Of a stretch of 64,000 nucleotides of DNA, positions 23,961 through 37,984 are shown piece after piece. This DNA is from Octopus sinensis (lineage: Eukaryota). The stretch's first letter is position 1; every line of letters begins with the position of its first letter. Below the pieces are notes generated by a model, which searched no databases, was not told the DNA's origin, and was given only the letters and a program-made list of their open reading frames with translations. The DNA is taken from assembly GCF_006345805.1 (NCBI RefSeq), contig NC_042999.1:88846001-88910000 (forward strand). Direction: 5' to 3'. A program made the translations under genes and the position numbers.

Positions 23961-25329
23961 TTATTGAATATTTTTCAATAAATTCAGTAAGGGACTTCAC
24001 CTTCAGTTTAAACTTTAGATGGTTTTGTGAACAGAATGTGACGGAAAATTGCAATACCAAAAGGGATAAGATAGCTAAGTCATCTTTGCGATAGATGAAT
24101 GAATGATTATAATTTTGTAAATAATAAAAACGAAATTAATAAGGTACTTCACGTTCAATGTTGACATGAGACGTCGCATTCGTCAAAAGAAAAGTGAATT
24201 GACTCTTAAGTATTTAACAGGCGACAACTTCTTTATCATCTGTTCATAAATGGAAAAAAAAAGGAATACTTCGGTTATTTCCGGAGAATTTCAGTTTAAA
24301 CGTCAAATACTTGTCTATAGATTTTTGAGTGTGTGTATGTGTGTGTTACAGAGAGAGTGAGACAGACAGATAATCATCAGGACCTGCCTATGATCACGTT
24401 GGTGCTTACAACCTACCTATTCTGTATCACAATGCAACAGGTTAATATAACCGTTATATCACTCCCAAGTTCTTCTTGACCATATATTGTAGCATTTTCT
24501 AGTGGATCTTGTGGGCCTTGTGGATAATGTGTGGTACACCGTCTCAGCATGTTACCTCACCTTGCCTTGGTTTGGAAAACCAAATGTAATACATGGAAAC
24601 TATAATATTCCATATATTAAACATGCTTCTTTAGAAATCATTCTGAAAGCTCATCCACCTTTTGATAGGCAGGAGCATATCACTTGACTTGTTGCCCTTT
24701 CTTCAATAAAACAGTCAGACAAGAAGACAGGTTTTATGACATATCTGTCCCATATGCTTTATTCTTCAGAGTGTTAATCCATGTTCAGAATTACCTTTTT
24801 GCAGGCAATATTGGAAAAATGTATATATCTTTTGTTACCATCTATATTGTGCCTTGTCTTTTCCGACATTTTTTTAATACAAATGTCTGCTTTACTTCTC
24901 TAAGTCTTGGCAGTTTTTCATTCTGTTTGTCAAATTTGTTTTTAAATGCATGTGCATATTTACAAGATGTACAAAAACCTGTATAAAATTGTCAAGAGCA
25001 TGTAAATCAGGCAAAGAAGATATGTTGCTACAAATGTAAACAATTATCTTCAAAATAAACCATAAATTTCCAAAAGCAAACCGTATTGTTTCTACTCCAA
25101 GCTAAAAAGAAAATAGAAAACAGATACTCAAATGTTCCAAAACGTAATAATCCAAAAATTATTTTTCCATTAAGTACAAATACAATAAATAATCTTACAC
25201 TTCTATAGTGTTCTGTTGAAATGCATTCCCTCTTCTCAAAAGTAAGTAGTAGTAGTAGTAGTAGTAGTAGTAGCAGCAGCAGCAGCAGTAGCAGCAGCAA
25301 TATGGACAACTCACAAATGTTTATGAGGA

Positions 25330-27000
25330 ATAACACTGAACTACAAAATCTTTTAAAAATTGTCCAACCTCATACTCATCATTATGTCCATAGATTTACA
25401 GAGGAGGAATATGAACTCAGACAAGCATTCCAATGCAACTTTAAGAGGAAACAAATTAACCAGTGCTGAGGAAATGATATTAGGAATAGACATTAAAATC
25501 ACAACAATCACCCACACAAGAACAGAGGAAACAGCTGGAAAAGTAAGAAAGAAGTAGAAAAGAATGTTACAAAAGAGTTTGACTAATATTAAAAATTGGA
25601 TTCAATGCTAGAAATAAGATAATAGGTATATAAATGCTAGCCATGTCAGTTATAAACTCAAGTATTTGACTTCAGTATTATAAACTCGAGGCTAAATTAG
25701 TTGAAAAATTTGGACAGTAAAATCATAAAACAAGTGATAATATGCTAAATTCACCAATCGAAGCAGATACAGACAGAATATACCTAGCCTGCATATAAGG
25801 TGGATATGACACAAATAAAAAGAAACTACCATAAAATAACAAATATCAGACTGGAAAATACTTAGAAACAAAAAGCAGAAGATTGTACTGAAGAAACATG
25901 AAAAAGAAAAAAAAAAACAACAAAAATTTTTTTTTCTATGTAGAAAGAAACGATAAAATACAAAGCGGAAGCAAACTATACTGAAATGATAAATTTAGAT
26001 AACAATGCAACAAAATCGTTAGAGACAAAATATAAAGATGTAAAGAGAACTGCAAAACATACTAAAGAAAAAAATGGAGGGAAAAAAAACCATGAGACTT
26101 GACACAAGAGTAGTTAAGAGAAAGCCAACAATGGCTCAAAAGTTCCAGACTACATGCAGAAACAGAACGATCGGTTCTAGATGCAAAAGAACAATACTGA
26201 CTACAAGCAATTATAAGAACAAAGTAATAGAAACATTTCCAAACACCAAATGCAAAATATGCAACCAGCACATTAAGATACTTGACAACGTTTTTGTAGA
26301 CTGTGAAGAACTTACCAATTTCTGAATATGTACATAGGCATGATCAAGATGACAGCTATATCCATTGTGCAATATGCCAACAATTTAATATAAAAACAGA
26401 CAGGAAATTGTATAAATGTGTATCAAATACAGTATATAAGATCTGACCACAATCATCTAAGATATTCTCATTCAAATTGGCAATGGCTTGCAGGACAGCC
26501 TGCTGTGCTAACCTTGGATCGTAGAATGACCCATTGTTCTTGAGGAGACCTATTGAGTCAAGTACACCAACACCAACATCAAAATAAAAATCAAATGGAA
26601 ATTATAGTTAAGATACCCGTGCCAGTGACACGTAAAAAGCACCATCCAAACGTAGCTGATGCCAGTGCTGCCTGACTGGCGTCTGTGTTGGTGACACGTA
26701 AAAAGCACCAACTACACTCACGGACTGGTTGGTGTTAGGAAGGGCGTCCAGCTGTAGAAACACTGCCACATCAGACTGGAGCTTGGCGCAGCCTCCTTGC
26801 TTCCCAGACCCCGGTCAAACCGTCCAACCCATGCTAGCATAGAAAACGGACGTTAAACGATGATGATGATAATGATGATTAAGGCAAACAGATATGAAAA
26901 CTGATGTCTTAGAAAACACATGCACATTGAATAAAAAATCTTTTTTGGCCAAAATATTGCTCTAAAAGAAGTGAAAAACTGTAACAGCCTCCAAGTCAGA
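25330..27000 (+). mobile_element. R4/Dong-type LINE remnant interrupted by a family B element
   Basis: TILTTSNYKNKVIETFPNTKCKICNQ (zinc-knuckle region) followed by EYVHRHDQ and IH..ICQQF; boundaries approximate. Confidence 0.6.
26480..26880 (+). mobile_element. RTE-type LINE 3' UTR copy (family B)
   Basis: gtaaaaagcacc repeats, ggttggtgttaggaagggcgtccagctgtagaaac, aaacggacgttaaacg(atg)n tail. Confidence 0.85.
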
Positions 27001-27936
27001 AACAATAAAATGAAGGAATATTTTGGTCACATTTATATGCATGAATACAAAAGTGGACCATGCCCTAGAAGTAGGGTTAGCACTAGGTTAGTTTTATGAC
27101 ATGGTTTCTGTATATATTACCTTAGTGACGTGCACTAATACAGTGTGATATATAGTACCACGTAACAGGGTAGAGACCAACTGTTTCCACTTAATGTATT
27201 CCCAATTACTCTGCCAACAACTGTAACCAATTCAAAACAACTTCTCAACAATTTCCTGCGACTTCACGAACGACACCTTTTGACTTCTTGCGATTTCTCA
27301 TCTCCTGCTCTCAGTCAAACACACTGCTACTTAGACAAGTTCAGCTAGTCCATTCTCACAGGGGGCGTCAATTCTTGCCATAACAGTTAGAAAGAAAGTC
27401 TCTTACTATTATATAAGTTTAAAGAGAGCTTTGTAAGGGATCAGAATTGATTAAAGGTGAGGTGGGGTTTTTACAATAGCCTTTGGAGCCTAGCCTTTGG
27501 GATTCACTTCTTTAAAATGGATATTGTTCGAACATAAGAAGAGAGTAATTAAAGATTGCTTCTTTGGTAATTGTAATAACTGAAGAAAATTAGGTTGTCA
27601 TGCTCATACCGGGGGTGTTTTGAGGTCTCAGTTTCAGGAAGATGCATTATACATTTAGTGTGTGGTACCAAAAGTTGCTTCTATAGGATGCCTAAGCAGA
27701 ATATTAAGGAAGAATGAATGGTGGTACCAGCTATAGTATACAGTTGACATTAGCTTTTCTTAGTTCATTTTCATAGTTTTTTTTTTAAGGTATTGATGAT
27801 GTACTGTTAAAATCATATTTTTCATTATTTCTACCATTAGTTCAGAACTTTTAAGCCATTGTTAGCTTCCATAATGATTCACTTCCTCTCTGTCCAGCCA
27901 TGCAGGATAATGAACATTTGATTTTGTCTTTGTCAT

Positions 27937-28066
<130 letters not shown>

Positions 28067-28680
28067 TCTGTGAGTGTATCCGGCTGTTGTCATGTCCCTC
28101 ATCTAAACTTTTCCTCTGTGTAATTAGGTTCTAGTTTGTACTTTAATATTTTCTAGATAGAGAGAGAAAGCATTTTTTTCTGCATTTTGTCATGTTCGTT
28201 TATTATATCAATCAGTACATATTTGTTTGCTTCAAAGTATTCTTCTAAACCCATTACAGTTACTTTGTATCTGTTCACTGTTTTTATCAAGCCCACCCAA
28301 CTCTATACCTTTGCTAAATGTATCCAATCTAAACTAGTTTTTAGAATAAACGGCTAAGAAAATAATATCCAGTTTTCTGTTTTCCTCCCTTAATCTCTTC
28401 AGTTGATTTAACATTCAATTCATTAAGCTGAAGCAAAAGGTTATAACTGGTATGACTTAAGTCTTTAGTCTTTAGTTCATTCCATCAATAACCTGCCATG
28501 TCTATGCTTGAGTTGTAAAATTTTACTTTGATTTGTTTAAATGGGTCTTTTGATTTTTCTGGCAAACCCATTTTTATAGCACATCTTTATTTATTCATTT
28601 ATTTTTTTTTTGTACTGGGGCTTGGATTCAACTAGCTCCCACATTTGAATGATGATAACAAGATAGAGACCAGCTGATTC

Positions 28681-28798
<118 letters not shown>

Positions 28799-29099
28799 GA
28801 ATTAACACTAATACTTTATTTTATTGATGTCAGAAGAATTAAAAGTTAAGTTGGCTTTGATGAAGTTTCAGCTCAGAATGTAAAGAGTTAGAGCAAATAC
28901 CTGAAGTGCCTAGTTCATTTATACATATAATCATATTTTTGCACTGAGTGTTTTCAAATATTCATCTACTCTGTGTTTGTGTGTGTGTGTGTGTACACAT
29001 ATACATATGAAGTTCATAACATAATTTCTTATACCTTTGTCATTTTAATTTCTTATTACGTCTCTGTACTCAACTGGTGCTTTGTTCTAAAGTATGGCC

Positions 29100-29290
<191 letters not shown>

Positions 29291-29519
29291 TAAATACATA
29301 TACTAATGCATATGCTTTGTGTTTTCTTAATTTTGTCTTTCATGTCTGTTACAAATAATGAGTATCTTTATTCCTTTCTTTGAATCCAATGTCTGAATTT
29401 ACCTTAATATTATGTGCTTTTGTTATAGTTTTTAAAACACTTCCTATAGTAGCCTTAACACATTTATATTATTCTACACGTATGTTGCTACCATTGAATT
29501 AATGTACAGTTTTTAGTAG

Positions 29520-30130
29520 GTTCTCCATCAGGGTATTTTCTCTTGTATATTGTATTAAATGATCCAAACAGAGAAAGAGATTTAAAGTTTGTCTATAGTA
29601 GTTGTAATAATTGGTGGCTTGATTCATTTGATTCATTAGTGGTGTCAAATCTAGAAAGAAGAGAGGTGATGATGAGATGTTGCCTCTCTCTCCCAGTAAA
29701 AATTATTTCCTCGTGAGATGAAGATGGTTTGTATCATCTTCTTTTAATCATACAGTATTATTGATCTTGCCCCCTTTTAATGTAGTATGGTTAATATTCT
29801 GCTTTGGTATTGGAACTGACTTGTTTATGTATGGTGTCTCCAATATACAGAAATGTGATAAGCAAGTGAAGGCTTCTTAGTAATAAATCCATGTCTTACT
29901 TGGATATTTGTTCTTTTTTCAGCTAGCTGCTCAGATTACAAATAGCTATTCATTACATCCATACATCCTCATCTGACGTGATTTCTACTCATCTGGTAAT
30001 ATATATTACATTCTAAATAAACAGCCTGTTGGAAAGTGTAGATATCAGGGATTCGAATAGTGTTGATAAGCAGATTATTGGTTTGTAGTCTTAAGGGTTC
30101 ATGATGATTTTGTTTTGGAGAGGGATTAAT
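29520..30130 (-). mobile_element. Heavily decayed R4/Dong-type RT remnant
   Basis: Minus translations DYKPIICLST and LPDE*K...MYGCNE*L resemble NYRPITCL and LPxEQKG...YGCKEQL; weaker downstream remnants at about 27.6-28.6 kb. Confidence 0.5.
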
Positions 30131-31334
30131 ATTGTTTTTCCCCTCTAGTAATGAATTGGTTTTACATTCCGGTCTTTTTTAGTAATTTATTGAATTTGTA
30201 ATGTGTTGCCATAGCTCCATTTATATTGGTTAAATACTTTAACAAAGAAATTAGGGAGTTTATCGACTCTAAGCACTAGCAGTTTTGCTTGTGTTGCTAT
30301 GGGCTCAATCAACCATCAATTCAGATATGAAAAAATCTAATTAAAAAGTATTGTTCACTACTATGCTATCAGTCATGGCCATGTGGTGAAATCTGCTACT
30401 AGATATTTTCAAATTAGTGACATTTCAAAGCACATTTGGGTATCAACGAAGATCTAAAGTTGTATAACAAATCTATTTCTATGGTAACATGTTGTCCCTC
30501 CCAGCATTCTAAATAGATTTAAGTTATGACAGTAATTGCTGCTGCTTTGAATGTTTTTAGTGTATACCATGCCATAAAGAATGACAGTTATTTCAATCAT
30601 ATTCTTTACATGATATTTCCTTAGATTTATAAAATTTTCTTTATAGTTATTTTCATGAGTTTCCCTTATAGTTATAAAATTTTAACTTATTTTTTCCTTT
30701 CTATTCAGACTCTTTTAACCAAATCTTCTTTTCCATCATGCTGGTAAACATCAAAGCTAAGAAGAAAAGACATTATAATTTGAATTTTATATTTTTATAA
30801 TTATATTGTTTATGTCATGAACAAAACTTATTCTCAAGAGTTATCTTTCTTAGATAACTATGTTGTCACACACCTTTATACCAAAAGTGTATCTATAGGA
30901 TATTATGAAATTAACTTCCATAAAGTTGTACAATCTGCTGTTAACAATAATACTTTTTAATGCAGTAGAGTAGGCAGTGAGGATAGTTTTACAGTGGCAA
31001 TAACATAGAAGGTAAAAACAAAATTCTGTTAAAGCAATAAAGCTAGATTTACTTGTACAATCTGGAAAACCATTTTAAATCTTTTATTATAAAAGGGTTT
31101 TGTGCAGTAATGTTTATTCCACAGTCTTTCCATTTGGTGGGTTCCTGCAGCTAACCATAATTCTTTTTCATATTGGTAATGCCATGTAAAATCTTTGAAT
31201 GGAAACTGGACGAATTCCAACTTAGAGATTAAAGCCAATATATGTTTGGTCAAAATGGAATTAGCCATAGCACAAATTACTAAACACAACTCAGGAAGAA
31301 TTTGTGGGTCTGGTCCTGACATCACTGCTGGGAA

Positions 31335-31580
31335 ATAGTAGTAGTAGTAGTAGTAGTAGTAGTAATAGTGGCAGCAGCAGTAGTAGTGGGGTGGGTCATC
31401 ATCATTGTTATCATCGTCATCATCATTGTCCACATCATCATCAACATCATCATCATCATCATCATCATCATGGTCATGGTGGTAGCTGTGGTGGTTGAAG
31501 CGGTAGCAACAGCAGCAAGAGGAGGAGGAGGAGGAGAAGGAGGAGTGACAATAACAGCCAAAATAATTGCATTCATTGTT
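31335..31580. repeat. (TAG)/(CAT)/(GGA) trinucleotide mosaic
   Basis: Direct observation. Confidence 0.9.
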
Positions 31581-31934
31581 ATTGTTATCTTTGTATTTTT
31601 ATCCAGTGTACAACCATTATCATACCATTCCCTCAAAACCCACCATCATCAAATTTTACTACTGTTAGAAACAGGTATAGATATGTAACCTAGAGCTTCA
31701 CTTAGCAATCAGCATGCTTTTGGGATTCAGCCCATTTTGCAATATTTTCACAGTCACCTCAGACTGACCAATGTTTTATGACTGGAATTTTGTGGACAGA
31801 AAGTGTGTAGAAGTTTGTACCATGTATCTATACAGATATATAAGGTGCATGTATGTGTGTGTATATGTTTGATTTATTAGTAGTGTTGCTTAATATGTTT
31901 TGCTAAAATTGCTGTTTCTTTTCAGATATCATCA

Positions 31935-32979
31935 GACATATCTATTGGACTTTCAAAGAGATCAAATTGTTGGTACTCATATGGCAAGTGTAGTGTAACA
32001 AAAACAGCTGAAAAGTTTGGTGTATCAAGACGTAATGTCTCAAAAGTAATGACAGCCTTTGAGAAGGAGGGAAAAACCTTCTCAGAAGTAAAACTTCAGA
32101 AGTAAACCAAAACTTTCAGATAGGGACCACCAACTCTTATGTGAATTGTTAGAAAGGATCACAAAAGTAAAGCTCCCAAAATTACTGCAGAGCTTAATGA
32201 CCACCTCAAGAACCCAGTTTCCTCAAAAACTGGTTGCCGGAAGCTGCACAAAGCTGGATTTCATGGGAGGGCTGCAATCAGAAAACCACTACTTTAAAAA
32301 ACATATGTTACAAAGCATTTAGAGTGGAGTAAAATCCTAGAGAATTGGTCCCTAGAGCAGTGGAAGAACGTCATTTTCTCGGATGAGTAATCCTTTACCT
32401 TATTTCTGACCACCAGCCAAGTATATGTGTGGAGATAGTCAAAAGAAGCATTTAACCCAGACTGCCTTCTTCCAACTGTTAAACATGGCAGAGGATCTGT
32501 GATAATCTGGGGCGTGGGGGGGGGCTATATCTTGGAAGTCTGTTGGCCCAACGGTTTCCCTTCATGGCAGAATTAATAGTCAAGACTATTTAAGCATTTT
32601 ATCTGATCAAATTCATCCTATGATAATGCACCAATCCACACAGCTAAAATTGTTACTGAGTGGCATGCAGAACATTCTAGTGAAGTTGAACATCTTCTCT
32701 GGCCACCACAGTCCCCAGATCTCAATATTATTGAACATTTATGGTGCATTTTAGAAAAACAAGTAAGAAGTCAATATCCTCCACCATCATCACTTCAAGA
32801 ACTAAAGACTGTTTTAGCTGAAGAATGGACAAAAATTCCTTTGGAAACAATTTAAATTTTGTATGAGTCCATACCTCATAGAATTTACACTGTAATTACT
32901 GCCAAAGGCAATCCTACACCATATTAAAATAAATTTGTTTGAAATTTTAAGGTGTTTCCATTATTTTATCCAACCCCTA
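31935..32979 (+). mobile_element. Tc1-family transposon remnant with 3' TIR
   Basis: LDFQRDQIVG, RAAIRKPLL, WKNVIFSDE, PTVKHGRGSVIIWG, DNAPIH (preceded by a deletion), WPPQSPDLNIIEHLW; right end ggtgtttccattattttatccaacccct followed by TA; left TIR not seen. Confidence 0.9.
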
Positions 32980-32980
32980 T

Positions 32981-33028
<48 letters not shown>

Positions 33029-33138
33029 CATTTGTATATATGTATAGATAGATAGGTAGACAGGCAGTCAGACAGACAGACAGACAGAGAGATAGCTAGA
33101 TAGAGAGATAGACAGACAAGGTAAGAATTGTAATATAT

Positions 33139-33182
<44 letters not shown>

Positions 33183-33237
33183 ATATATATATAATATATA
33201 TATATATATATAATATATATATATATTATATATATAT

Positions 33238-33272
<35 letters not shown>

Positions 33273-33564
33273 TAGTATGTCTTATATACATGGCACAAAC
33301 ATTATTTGACTTTAAAGATAATACTTCAGGTAGAATGAAAAAAGATGTCTATTAAATAAAAAAAGTTACATTCTACTTTGAGTTTCACCTGGCATCTGGT
33401 GTAATTTCTTTTATATAATAAACATATATACATATGAGTGTTTATGTGTTTATATGTGTGTGTCTATGTCAGTCTCCATATCTATGCTTCTGTCAACTTG
33501 TGTAAAATTAGTGTTGTATCAAAAAGAGTAATGTAGTGATTCGGTGTATTACATTATGTTATAA

Positions 33565-33680
33565 CAATTATATTATATTTTATTATATTACATTCTACTA
33601 TATTATATTATACTACATATTATATTATATCATATTATATTATATTATATATTAGATTAGATTAGATTATATTATACCTT
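33565..33680. repeat. (ATATT)n/(ATTAG)n pentanucleotide tract
   Basis: Direct observation. Confidence 0.85.
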
Positions 33681-33973
33681 TTATCTTTTGCTTGCTTCAT
33701 GACTGGGCACGCCCATGATGGGCACCGCCTTGATGGGCACCATCTTGAAGAATTTTTAGACAAATGAATCGACCCCAGTGCTTTTCTTTTTTAAGCCTGG
33801 TGCTTGTTCTATTGGCTATTTTGTTGAAGTGCTAAGTTACAGAGCTATAAACACACCAACACCAGTTGTCAAGTGGTGGTGGTGGTGGTGGAGGCATCAA
33901 ACACAGACACAATAATACACACACACACACACACAACACACACACACACAAACACATACACAAACACATACAT

Positions 33974-34010
<37 letters not shown>

Positions 34011-34158
34011 GGGTTTCTTCCAGTTTCCATCTACCAAATCTACTCAGAAGGCTTTAGTCAACCCAAAGCTTAGACAACAGTTACCCAAGGTACCAAACAG
34101 ATGGACTGTATTTGGAAGCATCTAGATGGGAAGCAAACTTCTTACCACACAGTCACAA
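33680..34158 (-). mobile_element. tRNA-derived SINE (family C), decayed full length
   Basis: aatcgaccccagtgct...aagcctggtgcttgttctattgg...ggttgtcaag, (CA)n, gggtttcttccagtttccatctaccaaatc...cttaccacacag. Confidence 0.8.
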
Positions 34159-34332
34159 ATGTATGTATATATGTATATATATGTATATATATTATATTAA
34201 ATTAGAGATAAAACCACTATTAGGCAAATCAAACAATGAAAAACATAACCCAATACATAACATTAATTAATTTATATTATTTTAAATATATATCAAAAGT
34301 ATTAAAAGTTTAATAAAAGACAAAGAGTAAAA

Positions 34333-34401
34333 CACTACGATCGTTTCATGACTGTACAATTCGTAATAATTTGAGTTATGGTTACAGTCAATCTTCAGGT
34401 A
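34333..34401 (-). ncRNA. Candidate minimal type I hammerhead ribozyme
   Basis: Minus strand: uac, CUGAAGA (34398-34392), U, UGACUGUA paired with UACAGUCA (8-bp stem II), U, GAAA (34347-34344), palindrome ACGAUCGU, UA (34337-34336), gug. Confidence 0.7.
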
Positions 34402-34429
34402 ATTGAAATATTTATCTTAGCGAGGTTTA

Positions 34430-34485
34430 GCAATATATATATATTATATATATATATAGATATATATATATATATATATAATATA

Positions 34486-34534
<49 letters not shown>

Positions 34535-34567
34535 TATATATATCTATTTATATATATATATATATAC

Positions 34568-34621
<54 letters not shown>

Positions 34622-34633
34622 ATATATATATTT

Positions 34634-34681
<48 letters not shown>

Positions 34682-34686
34682 GTATG

Positions 34687-34731
<45 letters not shown>

Positions 34732-34735
34732 TTAT
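34430..34735. repeat. (TA)n microsatellite
   Basis: Direct observation. Confidence 0.95.
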
Positions 34736-34736
34736 C

Positions 34737-35990
34737 ATCATCATCATCATCATCATTTAGCATCTGCTTTCCATACTGACATGGGTTAGACAGTTTGACT
34801 GGAACTGTTAAGCTAGAGATCTGCACCAGGTTCCACTCTAATTTGGCATGGTTTCTACAGCTGGATGCCCTTTCTCATGCCAACCACTCCAAGAGTGTAA
34901 TGAGTGCTTTTATGTGCCACTAGCACAGATGCTGATTATGTGACACCAGCATTGGCCACGACTACAATTTCACTTGGCTTGATGAATCTTCTGAAGCACA
35001 GCATATCGCCAAAAGTCTCAGTCACTTGTCATCACTTCTGTGAGGCCCAACATTCAACGATCATGCTTCACCACCTCATCTCATGTCTTTCTGAGTCTAC
35101 CTCTTCCACAGATTCCCTTCACAATTAGAGAGTGACATTTCTTTTCACAACTGTGCTCAACCATATGGCCATACAATGGCAGTTGTCTCTCTTGCACACC
35201 ACATCTGATGCCACTTACACTCAACGTTTCTCTCAAGACGTTCACACTGTTAAACATGCACACTGACATTGCACATCCAGCAAAGCATACTAGCTTAATT
35301 TCTTTCACACCTACACATGTCTTCAGTGGTTACAGCCCCTGTTTCACAACCATGTAGCATGGCTGTTTGCACACTGGCATCATGCAATCTACCTTTCTCT
35401 CTGAAGGAGAAGCCCTTAATTACCAACAGGGGTAGGAGCTATCTGAACTTTGCCCAGCTTATTCTTATTCTAGCTGCTACGCTCTCAGTGTATCCACCTC
35501 CACTACTGACTTGGTCACTTAGAAGCTATCAACTACTTCTAGGTATCCTGGTATTTGATGCATGTTTTTCTGTATATTTCTAGTGTTTATTATACCTGTG
35601 TACCTGCCACACACAAAGACTATCTTCCCTGTCAATATTCCTCTGATATTGCTGCACCTCTTGTGTATCCACAGTTTGCACTGAGTACATCTTATGAAGT
35701 TTCTACCTATTCCTTTTCTACATACTGATCAGGGCCATCTACCTCAAGGGATTTGTGATTTGTCCTCTTTCCTACTTACTAAGACTTTGGTGTTTGCTAA
35801 ATTAACTCTTGACTTTGCTTCCACACCTGAAATTTCTTCTCTAGTTCTGGTAATGATTCAGCAATAAGAACAAGGTCACCAGCATAGAAGAGCTCCCAAG
35901 GACAGAGCAACTTAAATTCCTCTGTTATTGCCTGGAGGACTATGATGCACAAGAAGGGGCTGAGGACTGAACCCTAACAGACTAGCTTGT
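34737..35990 (-). mobile_element. 5'-truncated RTE-type LINE; parent of the family B 3' UTR copies
   Basis: SVLSPFLCIIVLQAITEEFKLLCPWELFYAGDLVLIAES (decayed YADD), WAKFR, MLHGCET, GIRCGVQERQLPLYGHM; coding remnant runs into the family B UTR and (GAT)n tail. Confidence 0.85.
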
Positions 35991-36179
35991 TATGAAAATC
36001 TTTATAAGAGACAAAACAGTATCTATACTGAGAAGTAATGTTTATTACCATCTAAACATTGGTTGTTCTCTGAGAATGGATAATATTATTTTAACCCCTG
36101 GAGGATGCCTCCTCCAGCAGATTATTCAGTGCACTTCACACTTGATATATATTGCAAGCAGGGAGAGAACTCCCTATCA

Positions 36180-36410
36180 TTTTCCTTTCTCTTTTACTTG
36201 TTTCAGTCATTCAACTACAACCATGCTGGTGCACTGCCTTGTGTATATAAATATATACATAATGAGCTTCTGTCTGTTTCTATCCAACAAATCCACTCAC
36301 AAAGGTCTTCATTGTTTCAGGACTATAGTATAAGACACTTGCCCAAGGAGCCATATGGTGAGACTAAAACTGAGATGCATGTTTGGGAAGCATGCTTCTT
36401 AATCACACAG
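36180..36410 (-). mobile_element. Internally deleted SINE (family C)
   Basis: ttttacttgtttcagtcattcaactacaaccatgctgg joined to aaatccactcaca...agacacttgcccaagg. Confidence 0.7.
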
Positions 36411-36679
36411 ATAATCTTGTGCCTCACACACACAAATGCATATATATGTGTGTGTGCATGAATATGCGTATATATACATATCATATATACATGCTGGCAT
36501 GGGGTGGATGTTTCAATAGGATCTAATGCATCAGAGGGCAGCATCATATTACAATATTTGTTTTGCCAGTTTTTGTGGTTGCATGCCCTTCCTAACACAA
36601 CCACTTTACAGACTATACTTGCTGCTTTTTTCATCTGCGACTAAAAAAGAATAGGAAAGTGAGAAATGTCTATGCAGTG

Positions 36680-37025
36680 CCTAAAAGTGCCATCTGGTAC
36701 CTAAAAGCACCTATGTGGTACTGTATAAAAGTGCCCATGCATTTCCACATAAAATGCACCTGTGCCACATAAAAGCACCCGTGCCACATAAAAGCACCCG
36801 TGCGGTGTCACATAGAAGTGCACATGCAGTGCCACATAAAAGTGCCCGTGTGGTGTCATGCAAAAGCACCCTGCACACTTTGTAAAGTGGTTGGCATTAG
36901 GAAAGGCATCCAGCCATAGAAGCCCTGCCAAATCAGACTGGAGTCTGATGCAGCTCCCCAGCTTGCTAGCTCTGGTCAAACCATTCAACTCATAGAAAAT
37001 GAACATAAATGATGAGGATGATGGT
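36680..37025 (+). mobile_element. Family B element with expanded internal minisatellite
   Basis: About 8 degenerate gtgccacataaaagcaccc units (36680-36875) followed by gtggttggcattaggaaaggcatccagc and a (GAT)n tail. Confidence 0.8.
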
Positions 37026-37184
37026 GATATATATATATATACATAAAGCACCAGGCTGAAATAATTAGGTGGTGGGTGGGATGATATGATCAATTAAAAT
37101 CTTTGAAAACTGAGCCCCAGTGTGATTCAAGTCCAGTGATGGAAACCAGTAAAGGAATTAAAGAATGCTAACAATAATGCTACT

Positions 37185-37302
37185 GCAAGTTAACCACTAC
37201 TATTACTGCTCTTACTATTATTACTGCTGCCACCACTGCTGCTGCTGCTACTACTACTATTATACTACTACCACCACCACCAACACCACCACACCACCAC
37301 CG

Positions 37303-37353
<51 letters not shown>

Positions 37354-37385
37354 TACTACTACTACTACTATTATTACAGCTGCTG
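37185..37385. repeat. (CTA)/(CTG)/(CCA) trinucleotide mosaic
   Basis: Direct observation. Confidence 0.9.
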
Positions 37386-37984
37386 CCTTACCCTCTTTTC
37401 TATATTCATACAGCTAATACTATATCAGAAGCTCTGCCCACACTACTTATTATCCACTCTACAATCACTAACACTGCCACCACATTGATTTTACAATTTC
37501 TGTGAAAAACTACAGAATTATATCAATTATATATCCATTACTATATTTTCAGCTGCATACCTATTACCATTACCAATTGTATATGAGCCAACAATGGAAG
37601 CTTCTGTAACCATATGTCTGTTGAAATGCAGTACCTTTGCTTCAATTAATTTTCAAAATAATAAAGAATTTAGTAAAAAGCTTTGTTATCATTAAGCTGG
37701 TATTTGGAATATAAATTAACATGAAATTTTGTTTCAATCGCTTTAAAACAGTTTTAGGCAGGTTGGTTTTAAAATGGTTAATTTACATCTAATAGTCTTA
37801 AAAACAAGAATGTCTGTGACTACAATGAATAATGTAGTGTTAGATATATAATACCTGAGGGAAAATACAGGATAGCCACTACTTGAATGCTTTTGATCAA
37901 TGGGTCTGTAGCAGAATCTCAAACACCAACTCAATGCCAAGGAATCAAACCTGAATCACTATGTTCACAAGTAAAATTCATCAT

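Noticed and set aside
31910-31930. Strong splice-acceptor-like tttcttttcag just before the Tc1 remnant
   Set aside because: No open downstream frame or donor that would support exonisation.
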